From the IMG/VR virus record IMGVR_UViG_3300049165_000116, positions 2,196 through 66,195 of that record: 64,000 nt of DNA; one strand, written 5' to 3'. This document shows, in pieces, positions 9,845 through 19,474 of the stretch. This DNA comes from a virus. Numbering within the stretch: position 1 is the stretch's first letter; each line of letters starts with the position of its first letter. Under the pieces are notes generated by a model, which made no database searches, was not told where the DNA came from, and saw only the letters and a list, made by a program, of their open reading frames with translations. The translations under genes and the position numbers were made by a program.

Positions 9845-10426
9845 CTAGGCCGGGCGCTCCAACCCGTCCAGGGGAGGCAGGACCAGGCCGCGCCGCGTGA
9901 TCTCCTCGCGGAGCTCGTGGAGGTCCTGGGCCAACTCCTCCGCGACCTCCCGGGCCGCGTCGGCCTGGGGGCCGGACGCGTCACCTCCCCACCGGTGCTC
10001 ACCGATGGCCTGCTCCCAGATCTGTTTGTAGAGCCGGCGGATCTGAGACTCCAGCCGGCGGTGGCGGCGGATGAGGGTGAGGGCCCAGTCCTCATCCGCG
10101 CGCTCACCGTTCCACCAGTCGGCGGCCTCCAGCGGCGTCACGGTCTGCCCGGGCAGGTGCTCCACCTGCTCCTGGTAGCCGACCGGGAAGACGAGCGCAA
10201 TCGGCGGGACCTCCAGCGCCGCGGCGATGAGCACGACCTCCGCCACGGAGACGTTGCCGCGGCGCCCGTTCTCCAGGTTGGAGATCACCGTCCGGGGCAG
10301 GTCACCGCCGAGCCCGGTGACGGCGTCCGCGAGCTGCTGCGCGGACATGCCGCGGGCAGTGCGGTGCCGGCGCACCTCTTGCGCAATGGTCCTGCTGAAT
10401 CGGGCCGACCACTCCAGTTGCTCCAC
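9845..10426 (-). CDS. XRE HTH repressor upstream of integrase
   Basis: RTARGMSAQQLAD...RTVISNLENGRR...IAAALEVPP. Confidence 0.85.
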   Translation of the reverse strand: MEQLEWSARFSRTIAQEVRRHRTARGMSAQQLADAVTGLGGDLPRTVISNLENGRRGNVSVAEVVLIAAALEVPPIALVFPVGYQEQVEHLPGQTVTPLEAADWWNGERADEDWALTLIRRHRRLESQIRRLYKQIWEQAIGEHRWGGDASGPQADAAREVAEELAQDLHELREEITRRGLVLPPLDGLERPA

Positions 10427-10528
10427 GACGACCCAAAGTACAGACGCTGTTGTGCCGTATCAACCCATGCCGTAGAGTGCGCTGCCAGGACACAACGAAG
10501 CCGGATTCAGACCTGGAGTTGCGCCGCC

Positions 10529-10783
10529 ATGACCCAGACATCCGTGACGACCGTCCAGGGGATGACCACGCGGGACCTCCTGGACCTCCCCCCGACCACC
10601 GACCTGGAGACCGCCGGCCGCGCGTTCGGGATCGGGCGGACCACCGCCTACGCCCTCGCCCGCGCCGGTGAGTTCCCGTGCAAGGTCATCAGGACCGGCC
10701 GCCTGTTCCGCGTCGTCACGGCCGACATGCTTCGCGTTCTCCAGGTCCCCTCCCCGGGGAACGCCTCCGCGCCTGCCGCCTGA
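10529..10783 (+). CDS. xis: Excisionase-like HTH protein
   Basis: LPPTTDLETAGRAFGIGRTTAYALARAGEFPCKVIRTG; divergent from repressor/int. Confidence 0.8.
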   Translation: MTQTSVTTVQGMTTRDLLDLPPTTDLETAGRAFGIGRTTAYALARAGEFPCKVIRTGRLFRVVTADMLRVLQVPSPGNASAPAA

Positions 10784-10809
10784 CCTCCCCCACTAGGCAA
10801 CAGGCACGT

Positions 10810-10850
10810 CACGGCCCCGGCACCATTCCCCCCTGGTGCCGGGGCCGTGG
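10810..10850. terminator. Bidirectional terminator hairpin
   Basis: CACGGCCCCGGCACCA...TGGTGCCGGGGCCGTG between convergent genes. Confidence 0.75.
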
Positions 10851-10868
10851 CATGTCCGGGCGGCGGTC

Positions 10869-12158
10869 TCAGCTCGCCGGGGCCGACACCGCGGCGTGCA
10901 ACTCCCGCACTCCGGCGGCCCGCGGGTGCCGCTGCGCCAACTCCGTCACGATGCTGCGGATGGCGGGCCGGTCCCGCACCTCACCGGGGCTCGCGCGGTG
11001 AGCGTCGAGGAGGGCCCGGGCGGTCTGCTCCGGACGGCCCCACGCCCACCAGGCGCGCGCCATGTCGGTACCTAGGCGGGCCTTCCGCTCCGCCGTGGGG
11101 AAGTGCTCGGGCCGAAGGTTCCGCCCGGCCTCCAGGGCCGCGCCCGCGTCCCCGAGGGCCCAGTGGACGCCCACGGTGTAGAGATCCACGGCCGCCGGGC
11201 TGATCGGGAACAGGCGGCCGGACGGGGCGATGACGGGCAGCCGGCGGGCGGCGTGCCGGGCCTCCTCGGTCATGGCCAGGGCCTCCGCGCGCCGGCCTCC
11301 CCGGGCGGCGGTGTAGGCCAGGGTGCACAGCATCTGCGCGTACGCCGAGGACGCCGCGTCGGTCCGCAGCCCCGTGGCCTCCACCCGGGCCGCGGCCGAC
11401 TCCATGAGGGTCTGGGCCTCCTCACCCCGGTCCTGGTGGCGGAGCACGATCGCGAGCTCCCGGGAGGCGGCTGCAGCGGCGAGCGGCGACCCGGACACCT
11501 CGGCCCAGGTGCGCGCCCGGTCGGCGGTGAGCCGGGCCTGTTCGTACGAACCGAGCTTGAGCAGCAGGGCGGCACTCAAGCTGTAGACGGAGGACAGGCG
11601 GGCCTGGTCCAGCTCCCGGCGCGAGGAGGCCGCGGCGTGCCCATCGGCCAGGAGGCCCGGCAGCAGGCCGAGGAGCTGGGTGTGGGCGCCCTTGTCGTAC
11701 AGCTCCCGGGCGGAGGCCACGCGGGTGTCCAGGGCGCCCCTTCCCGTGGGTTGCGGGGTGTCGGCTAAGGCCCGGTCCATGCCCAGCAGCATGGCGGCCG
11801 GAACGGTCGCCGTGGCGGTGAGCAACGAGCGGCGGCGCATCGGGTCCTCCTCGGCGTGCGGACTGGCCGACACTCTAGTGCTGGCCGGTCCGGACGGCGC
11901 GGGGGGCGCCAGAGAACTCACCAACACGTGTCGGGGAACGCCCACGGTGGACGCGGCCCGGTGAATGAGCGTCAGGTCGGTGACCTGGGTCCGGCGTTCC
12001 ATCCGCGAGACGGTGGCCGCTGAACACCCCAGTTGTTCCCCGAGCTCCGCGAGCGTCCATCCTCGGTGCTCACGGCCCAACCGCACGAGCCCGCCCGGTT
12101 GACGCCGGGCGACTAACTCCCTGACCTTCGCGCTGTTCCAGAGCGGGTCACCGGGCAC
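10869..12158 (-). CDS. XRE-HTH regulator with TPR-like helical C-terminus
   Basis: REHRGWTLAELGEQLGCSAATVSRMER; MRRRSLL linker; Ala-rich helical repeats; start uncertain. Confidence 0.8.
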   Translation of the reverse strand: MPGDPLWNSAKVRELVARRQPGGLVRLGREHRGWTLAELGEQLGCSAATVSRMERRTQVTDLTLIHRAASTVGVPRHVLVSSLAPPAPSGPASTRVSASPHAEEDPMRRRSLLTATATVPAAMLLGMDRALADTPQPTGRGALDTRVASARELYDKGAHTQLLGLLPGLLADGHAAASSRRELDQARLSSVYSLSAALLLKLGSYEQARLTADRARTWAEVSGSPLAAAAASRELAIVLRHQDRGEEAQTLMESAAARVEATGLRTDAASSAYAQMLCTLAYTAARGGRRAEALAMTEEARHAARRLPVIAPSGRLFPISPAAVDLYTVGVHWALGDAGAALEAGRNLRPEHFPTAERKARLGTDMARAWWAWGRPEQTARALLDAHRASPGEVRDRPAIRSIVTELAQRHPRAAGVRELHAAVSAPAS

Positions 12159-12226
12159 TGGCCCCTCCCCTGCTACACGACCGGGGGCCACCACGGTACG
12201 GGCGCCGGGAGGACCACGTCGAGACC

Positions 12227-12261
12227 GCTTGCATGATGTGCAAACGCGTTGCACGGCAAGC
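12227..12261. promoter_or_regulatory. Nested inverted repeat, candidate operator
   Basis: GCTTGC..GTGCAA-ACGCG-TTGCAC..GCAAGC in a divergent intergenic region. Confidence 0.5.
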
Positions 12262-12346
12262 TAGTTGATCACCGCCGGGGCGCCCGGTGCGGTGTCCTCG
12301 GTACATCGCCCCTACACCTCGTGGGGCACCGTCCAAGGGAGGCACC

Positions 12347-12811
12347 ATGGCAACCGCAGCCGAAACCCCCGTCGTCACCGACCCCGTGACCGGCCCGGCC
12401 CGTTCCCCCCGCGACATCGTTCCGGCGGACCTCTGGGACAAGCAGGTCGGCCTGCTCATGCGGGACTACCCGTACGACTCGATCATGGCCACCCGCGTCC
12501 TCGGCCAGGGCTACGCCTACCTCCTCACCGCCATGGCCCTCCGGGGCCAGGGGCTCGGGCTCGCCCCGAGCAAGCTGGTGGACATCGGCGCCCACATGAT
12601 CATCCTGGACACCGTGGCCTACGCCGAGCTCTGCGACAAGTACAACGGCGGGCACTTCCTCCACCACGTGCCGAAGGTCGAGATGAAGAACGACGGGTCG
12701 GTCATCAAGACGGCCCACCTGGTGGCGCGCGCCGGCTGGGAGGTGGACCTCCCGCTCTGGGAGGACGCCGCCGACTGCGGCCCCTGCCACCCGGGCAACG
12801 ACTCGCACTGA
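12347..12811 (+). CDS. GRDP/DUF1399-like domain protein
   Basis: PSKLVDIGAH.IILDT..Y..LC....G.FLHHVP; RBS AAGGGAGG. Confidence 0.65.
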   Translation: MATAAETPVVTDPVTGPARSPRDIVPADLWDKQVGLLMRDYPYDSIMATRVLGQGYAYLLTAMALRGQGLGLAPSKLVDIGAHMIILDTVAYAELCDKYNGGHFLHHVPKVEMKNDGSVIKTAHLVARAGWEVDLPLWEDAADCGPCHPGNDSH

Positions 12812-12923
12812 CCCCGCGTGACCCTCGGCGGTCCGGGCCCACGGCCCGGGCCGCCGAGGCACGCCCGGGTGACTTTCGCCCGAACCGGCAACGGCCCGCG
12901 CGTGATGCCGCCAGGATGACCGG

Positions 12924-13616
12924 GTGACGACCACCACCACAGATCTATGGCACCACTACGGCCGGGCCCGCTCCGAGCAGGACCACGCGGTCCCCGACTC
13001 CTTCCGCTGGGCCTGGGACCAGCAGGGCGGGCCGGGCCCGGAAGTCCTCGGCGACATCACCGGCCAGACCGTGGCCGACCTCGGCGCCGGCGCCGCCCGC
13101 CAGGCCGCGCACCTGGCCGTACACCACGCCCCGGCCCGGATCGACGCCGTAGACGCCTCCCCGGCTCAGCACGGTATGGCCACCGGTCTCTACGCCTCCC
13201 TCGCCCCGCGCCTGCGCCTCGTCCAGGCGGACGTCATCACGCACCTCCGTGCGAACCCGGGCGCCTACGACGTGCTTTACAGCCACTTCGGGGCGGTGGA
13301 CTTCACCGACCCCTACGAGCTCCTTCCGGCCGCCGCCGGCGCGCTCCGGCCCGGCGGACGCCTGGTCTTCTCCACCCTCGCCCACTACCTCTCCGGCAAG
13401 CCGGCGCAGCCGGACGTCACGGCCGCCGAGGTCCCGGCGAAGACCCCGGAGGGCGAGAGCGCCACCATGCACCGGTGGGTACTCCAGGAGCACGTCTGGA
13501 CGAAGGTCCTGGACGAGGCCGGGTTCACCGCCATCCGCGTCGAGGAGCTGCCCGCCGGCCACGGCCCCCGGCCCGCCGCCACCCTCCTCGTCACGGCCGA
13601 GCGCCCCGCCACCTGA
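12924..13616 (+). CDS. Class I SAM-dependent methyltransferase
   Basis: VADLGAGAA, AVDAS, YDVLYS, LRPGGRLVF. Confidence 0.9.
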   Translation: MTTTTTDLWHHYGRARSEQDHAVPDSFRWAWDQQGGPGPEVLGDITGQTVADLGAGAARQAAHLAVHHAPARIDAVDASPAQHGMATGLYASLAPRLRLVQADVITHLRANPGAYDVLYSHFGAVDFTDPYELLPAAAGALRPGGRLVFSTLAHYLSGKPAQPDVTAAEVPAKTPEGESATMHRWVLQEHVWTKVLDEAGFTAIRVEELPAGHGPRPAATLLVTAERPAT

Positions 13617-13689
13617 GACCGGGCCGGGGAACGCCGCTGCCCCGGGCCTAGTCTCCTGGGCGCCGGGGCAGCGGTACGTACAGCCGGGG

Positions 13690-14004
13690 TCAACCGAGGT
13701 GCAGCCGCTCCAGGAGCCCGCGAACCCGCGCGTCGAGGACCTTCTCCGCCTCCGGGTTGATCGTGAGGAGGGCCACCATGGCGGTCACGGCGACGTCGCA
13801 CAGCTCCTTCTCCACGTCCTCCCACGAGTGGCTGTTGCCCTTGCGCGGGTTGGCGCCGAGGGCCCCGGTGATTGCCTCCGCGGCCTCTCCGAACTCCTCA
13901 CCGATCTTGAGCACGCGCAGCAGGCGCACGTCACCGGCCGCGGCCTGGTCCTCCTCGTCCAGCCAACCGCGCAGCTTCCGCACGCCGTCCCACGTCTGGT
14001 CCAT
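13690..14004 (-). CDS. MazG-like nucleotide pyrophosphohydrolase
   Basis: KIGEEFGEAAEA...GANPRKG...ELCDV. Confidence 0.85.
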   Translation of the reverse strand: MDQTWDGVRKLRGWLDEEDQAAAGDVRLLRVLKIGEEFGEAAEAITGALGANPRKGNSHSWEDVEKELCDVAVTAMVALLTINPEAEKVLDARVRGLLERLHLG

Positions 14005-14048
14005 GTGGCTCGTCTCCTCGTCCTCGTCGCTCGGAACAGTGTGGTCGG

Positions 14049-14264
14049 TCAGGCCACGTCACGGCGCGAGTTGTGGGCGGCGATCAGCTCCTCCAGGCGC
14101 CGCACGCACGGCTCGCAGGCGTAGAACGGGGCGTGCCCGTTGTCCTCGCTCTGGGCCGGCCCGAGCCACATCACCGGTAACTCCGTGCCGTCGCAGCGCC
14201 AGCACTGGCCCGTTACCCAGATTCGCCGGGGGTCGGCCACCGGCTGGTCAGGGAGCCTCACCAC
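14049..14264 (-). CDS. Small Zn-finger-like protein
   Basis: CWRC...ACEPC. Confidence 0.65.
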   Translation of the reverse strand: MVRLPDQPVADPRRIWVTGQCWRCDGTELPVMWLGPAQSEDNGHAPFYACEPCVRRLEELIAAHNSRRDVA

Positions 14265-14413
14265 AGGATTCCGTAGGCCAGGGCGGAGCCGATCGTGACC
14301 AGGGCGACCAGGTAGGCGATGACCTGGTGGCGCTGCGCGGCCATGGCCTCCTCGCCAGCCGGCTCGTCGGGCATCGCCCTCGGCCGGCTCTCCTGCTCCA
14401 CAGGCTCACTCAC
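14258..14413 (-). CDS. Small membrane peptide
   Basis: C-terminal TM helix VIAYLVALVTIGSALAYGILW; fills the operon gap. Confidence 0.45.
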   Translation of the reverse strand: MSEPVEQESRPRAMPDEPAGEEAMAAQRHQVIAYLVALVTIGSALAYGILW

Positions 14414-14415
14414 AG

Positions 14416-14958
14416 CTACACCTCCTCGAGCCCGTGGGCCTTGACGCACGGCTGGCAGGCGTACCAGCTCCAGCCGGGCCCGCTCTCCTGCTCCCCCCAT
14501 GCCACACGCACGACTTCCGCCGTCACGGCATCGCAGTAGCGGCATACCTCCACCTCCCCCTTCGCCGCGGCCTCGTCCAGCGGGCCGATCAGCATTTCGA
14601 TCGCGCGGCGCAGCGTGGCGGGATCGACGTACGGCCGGCCGTCCTCCGGGGGCCAGAGCCAGCACATCCCGGAGAGGGTTCTCTGCGGCCCCGGGATGAG
14701 GAGTTCGTCTCCGGGCCCATACCGGGTGATGCGGATCGGGGTGAGGTCCGGCCAGTCGGCGGCGGCATCCGCGGGCAGCGGCCACACCAGGTGCAGCAGG
14801 CCGGGGTCCTCGAAGACGGGGCCGCCCAGCTCACCCAACGTCGTCAGCACGCGGGCGCCCCAGCTCATGGGCAAGCTGAGCGCGCTCCACCGGGAGTCCA
14901 CCGTCAGCAGCTCGAACCCCTTGTCCTCGGGGGGGAGATACGGCAACCGTGCGGTCAT
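14416..14958 (-). CDS. Hypothetical protein with C-terminal Zn finger
   Basis: GPVFEDP, WLWPP, CRYC...ACQPC; ATGA coupling. Confidence 0.7.
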   Translation of the reverse strand: MTARLPYLPPEDKGFELLTVDSRWSALSLPMSWGARVLTTLGELGGPVFEDPGLLHLVWPLPADAAADWPDLTPIRITRYGPGDELLIPGPQRTLSGMCWLWPPEDGRPYVDPATLRRAIEMLIGPLDEAAAKGEVEVCRYCDAVTAEVVRVAWGEQESGPGWSWYACQPCVKAHGLEEV

Positions 14959-15629
14959 CGCGCGCCCTCGCAGAGCCCAGCCCTGACCGCCTCGGCCCGG
15001 AGGTCGATCGGCCGGACGCCGTTGAGCTCCATGACGGCCTGGCCCGCCAGGAGGAGAGCGAGGCGCGGATCGTCATAGGCGATCTGGGCTCGCGCGTCCA
15101 CCGGGACGACGGCGCCGCCGTACCAGGCGTGGAGGATGCCGTACAGCCCCCACGGGACGGGCCGGGCGACCCGGGCCGCCTCGTACCCGTCCAAGAGGTG
15201 CTGGCAGTGCCGTACGGACTCCCACCCGCACGCCAGGTGCACCGGAGGGTGCAGCGTCCGTTCACCCTCCTCGATCGGGCCGCGGAACCCAGTCTCCTCG
15301 CCGGCGCCGACGAGGAAGAGGGGGCCGCCCTCGGCCGCCGCCTCCTCCGCAGTCGAGAGCCCGCAGACCTGGCACAGGAGCCGGGCCATCATGCGCCGCT
15401 GCCGGGCCGGGTGGAGGTGCGCGAGGCGCGGTTCGCCCTTACCGGGCCCGAGCGTCCAGGCGCGCCACAGGGCGCCCTGGTACGTGCACGCGCGGGTCAG
15501 GATCGGGTCCGCGTAGGCGAGTCGGCCGGCGCGGATGTGGACGGCCGGGGTGATGTCGCGTTCCGCTGACCACCGCGTGACCCGGGGGACGCGGAGACCT
15601 CGGTAGACGGGAAGGGTGTCGAGACTCAT
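14955..15629 (-). CDS. Hypothetical phage protein
   Basis: HPARQRRMM..LLCQVCG...PPVH..C...S..HC.HL. Confidence 0.7.
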   Translation of the reverse strand: MSLDTLPVYRGLRVPRVTRWSAERDITPAVHIRAGRLAYADPILTRACTYQGALWRAWTLGPGKGEPRLAHLHPARQRRMMARLLCQVCGLSTAEEAAAEGGPLFLVGAGEETGFRGPIEEGERTLHPPVHLACGWESVRHCQHLLDGYEAARVARPVPWGLYGILHAWYGGAVVPVDARAQIAYDDPRLALLLAGQAVMELNGVRPIDLRAEAVRAGLCEGAR

Positions 15630-15875
15630 CGGATCGAATCCATGGGGTGAGGGCCCTCCGCCCGGGGCCACGACGTGCCACGGGGGGAGCTCGCCAGGTC
15701 TTCCCGGGCGGAGGGCGGATCGAGGGGGTTGGGGCCGGCCGCCGTCAGTCGTGGACGGGACTCGGCGGCCGGGGTGTGACCCGGTCGGCGTCGGTCGTCA
15801 CACCGCTCCCTGGTGGATGGGAGCCCCCAGTCCTGGCCGTGCCCTGCCGACGTCGCACGGGCACGGACAGGACGT

Positions 15876-16370
15876 CTAGGGGAGGCGGAGCCAGGACGAC
15901 GGGATCGAGCGGCGCCACGCGGTCACGCCGCTCCACAGCTCGCCGGTCCGCTGCTGCCGGTCCATGTACGCGCGCACTCCGTCCAGGCCGCCGCCGAGTT
16001 CATGCAGCGCCAGGCCGACGGCGACGTGGACCCGGCCTCGACGCTGGGCCAGGGAGTACCAGTTGCGCGGGTAGGGGACGTTCAGCATGGAGGTGGGGTG
16101 GCCGTAGTCCAGGGACGCGATCCCCTGGACCAGCACGAGGCCGAGCCCGATCCGATACGGCTCCTCCCCTCGCCCCAGGCCGAGGCCCTGAGCGATGCCG
16201 AGGAGACCAGGCCGGTAGTGCTCGACGCTCTCCGCCAGACGCGGCACGGCCGGGGTGAGCAGCACGTGGCACTCCGGTCCGAAGAACCCGCGCCCCACCC
16301 AGGCCGCGACCTGGACACGGGGCGCGAACTCCGGGCCGGGCGGGGCATACCGGTGGGCGAGTACGGTCAC
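15876..16370 (-). CDS. Hypothetical protein
   Basis: GTGA-coupled to the upstream gene; plausible composition. Confidence 0.55.
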   Translation of the reverse strand: MTVLAHRYAPPGPEFAPRVQVAAWVGRGFFGPECHVLLTPAVPRLAESVEHYRPGLLGIAQGLGLGRGEEPYRIGLGLVLVQGIASLDYGHPTSMLNVPYPRNWYSLAQRRGRVHVAVGLALHELGGGLDGVRAYMDRQQRTGELWSGVTAWRRSIPSSWLRLP

Positions 16371-16696
16371 CGGGCCACCTCCGTGAGGGCCGGGGCGCCG
16401 GCCGCGACCGGGGCGTCCATCAGCGACGCGCGGAGGGGCGCGGTCGTGATCTCCTCGAACTCGTCGTGCCCGGTGCGGGCAGCGTGGTCCATGGCCCACT
16501 TCCCGGTGACGACGAGGTTCGTGCTGGGCGCGGATCGTTCCGGGCACCCCTTGCACGCCATGGTCCGCGTCATGGGGTCGCCCGTGGGGTCCAGGCGCCA
16601 CTGGGCGAAAGCGAAACGACGACGGGTCATCAGCGGTTCATGCTCCTCGGGGGCGGGGGGACGTAAGGGCGCGACCTGCGCCACGGCGGCGCTCAC
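16367..16696 (-). CDS. Small Cys/His hypothetical protein
   Basis: CKGC...WA.DH...TGH..F. Confidence 0.65.
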   Translation of the reverse strand: MSAAVAQVAPLRPPAPEEHEPLMTRRRFAFAQWRLDPTGDPMTRTMACKGCPERSAPSTNLVVTGKWAMDHAARTGHDEFEEITTAPLRASLMDAPVAAGAPALTEVAR

Positions 16697-17091
16697 CGCT
16701 CACTCCGGGGCGCCGTGTACCGCATGAGCAGCCCGACGGCCTTCGCCAACAGGCGGAGGTTCGACTGAGCGTTTCCACCCCGGTCGGAGGCGACGCGCAG
16801 GGCGTGCTCGACGGTGCTCTCCGCGATCTCCCTGGCCCGCTCGTCCGTGAGGGAACCGGCGTACTTCCTGCCGGGCTCGGCCAGGTGGTCCTGGATGTAG
16901 CCACGGAGACGGGCCCGAAGCTGGTCCGCAGCCTGGCCGGTGGGGATGCCGTAGTCGGCGAAGGTCAGGGCCGTGGCACAGTCGCGGGCCATGTCGTCCA
17001 GGGTGGGGGGCGCCGGCCTCTCGGCCTCCCTCTCTCCTCCCGGTCCTTCCGTCCCCTTGGGGCGGCTGGTGGTGCTCACCGGCTGGCTCAT
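16693..17091 (-). CDS. Hypothetical helical protein
   Basis: ATG after GGAG; first gene of a leftward accessory operon. Confidence 0.6.
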   Translation of the reverse strand: MSQPVSTTSRPKGTEGPGGEREAERPAPPTLDDMARDCATALTFADYGIPTGQAADQLRARLRGYIQDHLAEPGRKYAGSLTDERAREIAESTVEHALRVASDRGGNAQSNLRLLAKAVGLLMRYTAPRSER

Positions 17092-17188
17092 GGGTGTCTC
17101 CGCACGTTGGTCAGGTCGGCCGCGGCCTGGTCCCTGACGTGCTGGGCAACAGGCCGGCCGGAGTGAAACCAATCTCTCTCCGCCGGAA

Positions 17189-17240
17189 GCGGCCAACGAG
17201 GTCACCGAGCGGCCATTCAGCGGCCATTGGACGGCCGCGA
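17189..17240. promoter_or_regulatory. Direct repeats GCGGCCA in divergent promoter region
   Basis: GCGGCCAAC, GCGGCCATT, GCGGCCATT, ACGGCCG. Confidence 0.45.
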
Positions 17241-17333
17241 TGAGGCGCGGAGGGAGTGATTCGCGCCACGGACAACCGTTGCCAGCCGTTACGCCCTACC
17301 GTGAGACCAAGAGCAGATTTCAGGGGGTCGCTG

Positions 17334-18632
17334 ATGAGAACTCCGGCCAACGAGGCGCTGTTCGCCGCACGCGTCGCCAAGGGCTGGTTCTCCCAGGAGA
17401 GCGCCGCAAAGGGCGTCAGTAGCGCAGGCCGGGAGGCCCTGCGGGACCCTCACTATGAGGTGTCCGTGCGGACGTTCCGGCGGTGGGAATCCGCAAATCC
17501 GGGGTGGCCGCGGCCGGACCAGGCGACCGCAATTCGGGCCGCTTTCGGCCGGGGCCCGGAGACGTTGGGGTTCCAACCGCTGGAGAGCGTGCCGGTTGAC
17601 ATCCCCGCCGAGCCTCCCGCCATCATCCCCCCTGTGAAACGCCGCACCGCCCTCGCCGGGGTCGCCGCTATCGGCCTGCCCTGGCTCAACAGCTCCGCGC
17701 CTGGCCGCACCGGCGCCTCCGACCTGCGCATCGGGGAGGAGGAGATCGCCGTGCTCCAGGCCACCGCCGCCGACCTGGACGCGATCGACCAGCGTTTCGG
17801 CGGTGACCGGCTGTGGCGCAGCGCGAAGATGCACCTGAGCTACATCCACTACGTGATAGATCACGGGGTCTACGCCGACGAGATCGGCCAGGAGCTCCAC
17901 GCCATCGCCGGCCAGCTCACCACCAGCCTCGGGTGGTTCTGCTACGACGCGGACCAGCAGACCGAGGCCAGGGTGTACTTCTCGGAAGCGCTCAACGCGG
18001 CCATGCTCACCGGGGACAACCCGTTGGCGACCCGGACCCTGTCCAACATGTCCCGCCAGTGCATCGACCTGGGCAAGCCACGGGAAGCCGTGCGGTTCGC
18101 ACGGACCGCCGAGCAGTACGCCGCAAAGTGGGGCGCCCCGCCACGGGTGAGCGCGCTCCTGTCCATCCGGGCCGCCCAGGGGTACGCGCGGGCCGGGGAC
18201 GAGGTGAACGCCTCCCTGAGCATCAAGAAGGCGTGGCGCTCCTTCGACCAGGGCGCCACCGACCGTGACCCGGAGTGGACCGGCTTCCTCAACGAGGCGG
18301 AGCTCGTGTGCCTGGAGGGGATGGCGCGCTCCGACCTCGGGCAGCACAAGCGGGCCGTCCGGCTCCTGGACCGCTCCGCCGCGCTCCAGGACATCGAGCA
18401 CTCCCGCAACCGGGGCATGTGCCTGGCCCGGCTCGCGGGCGCCGCCCTCTCCGATCGCGACTACGACCGCACGACGGACGCCGCCCTGGAGTCCCTGCGG
18501 CTCATCGAGGGCGGGCAGTCCTCCACCCGCACCCGCCGACAACTCGCCGTCGTCCGCGACAGCATCGGCGGGCACAAGGCCAGCCCGCCGCTACGAGAGA
18601 CTTTCGACCTGCTCACCCACCACATCGCCTGA
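17334..18632 (+). CDS. XRE-HTH plus TPR-like regulator (NsdA-like architecture)
   Basis: VSVRTFRRWES..PGWP; VKRRTAL linker; D.RFGG, LGWFCYD, TPR-like helices. Confidence 0.8.
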   Translation: MRTPANEALFAARVAKGWFSQESAAKGVSSAGREALRDPHYEVSVRTFRRWESANPGWPRPDQATAIRAAFGRGPETLGFQPLESVPVDIPAEPPAIIPPVKRRTALAGVAAIGLPWLNSSAPGRTGASDLRIGEEEIAVLQATAADLDAIDQRFGGDRLWRSAKMHLSYIHYVIDHGVYADEIGQELHAIAGQLTTSLGWFCYDADQQTEARVYFSEALNAAMLTGDNPLATRTLSNMSRQCIDLGKPREAVRFARTAEQYAAKWGAPPRVSALLSIRAAQGYARAGDEVNASLSIKKAWRSFDQGATDRDPEWTGFLNEAELVCLEGMARSDLGQHKRAVRLLDRSAALQDIEHSRNRGMCLARLAGAALSDRDYDRTTDAALESLRLIEGGQSSTRTRRQLAVVRDSIGGHKASPPLRETFDLLTHHIA

Positions 18633-18649
18633 CTGAGGAGTCCGCCCGT

Positions 18650-19231
18650 ATGCCCGCCCGCACCACGCCTCCGCTCGTGTTCACGCGCCTCACCGGACAG
18701 ACGGCGCCGGAGATCACCCCCGAACTCACTGCGGTGTACTCACGGGTGTACGACGTGCCGCCGTACATCGGTGACCCGTTCTTCTCGGTCGCCACCTTCG
18801 AGTCCCGGCTCACAGCCGCGTTCGAGATGGACGGCTTCGAGCTCGTCACGGCGCGCCTGGAGGACGGCACCCTGGCCGGCTACGTCCACGGCGTCACCCT
18901 CACGACGGACCGCCCGTGGTGGGCCTCCCTCCACGACGTCCTCCCCGACGAGGCGAGGAAGGCCGCCGAGGCCGGGGACGTCTTCTGGCTCCGGGAGCTG
19001 ATGGTGCTACCCGAGCACACCAACCAGGGCATCGGCCGGGCCCTCCACGACGAGATGGTCAAGGGCCGCGCCGAGTCCTGGACGACGCTCACGTGCATCA
19101 CCGACAACCAACCGGCCAGGGACGCCTACCCGCGCTGGGGGTATGAGGTCCTTCCCCAGACGATCAAGCACGCCGAGGAGTCCCCGGTCTATGACCCCAT
19201 GCTCCTCCGCCCCGAGGCCGCGCCCCGCTGA
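18650..19231 (+). CDS. GNAT N-acetyltransferase
   Basis: ELMVLPEHTNQGIGRAL, N.PARDAY.RWGY. Confidence 0.9.
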   Translation: MPARTTPPLVFTRLTGQTAPEITPELTAVYSRVYDVPPYIGDPFFSVATFESRLTAAFEMDGFELVTARLEDGTLAGYVHGVTLTTDRPWWASLHDVLPDEARKAAEAGDVFWLRELMVLPEHTNQGIGRALHDEMVKGRAESWTTLTCITDNQPARDAYPRWGYEVLPQTIKHAEESPVYDPMLLRPEAAPR

Positions 19232-19296
19232 CCCCGAGCCCCGCCGCCAGCGGCGAACGGAGGACGGCTGTCGGTGCGGGACCGTACGCTTTCTCC

Positions 19297-19470
19297 ATGC
19301 CCTCCCCCTCCAGGCCGTACGGTCGGCTGCGCCCTGCCGCTGCGCGGGTCAACGCCCGGATTCGCCGGCTCATGGAGGAGCCCAACCACCCCCGGCGCGC
19401 GGAGGAGTACCAGCGGCTCCTGATCGAGTGGGCGGAGGCGACGCGGGCCGACATGGTCAAGGCAGCGTGA
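19297..19470 (+). CDS. Small hypothetical protein (57 aa)
   Basis: Hand translation MPSPSRPYG...VNARIRRLM...EYQRLLIEWAEA; followed by a hairpin. Confidence 0.5.
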   Translation: MPSPSRPYGRLRPAAARVNARIRRLMEEPNHPRRAEEYQRLLIEWAEATRADMVKAA

Positions 19471-19474
19471 CGCA

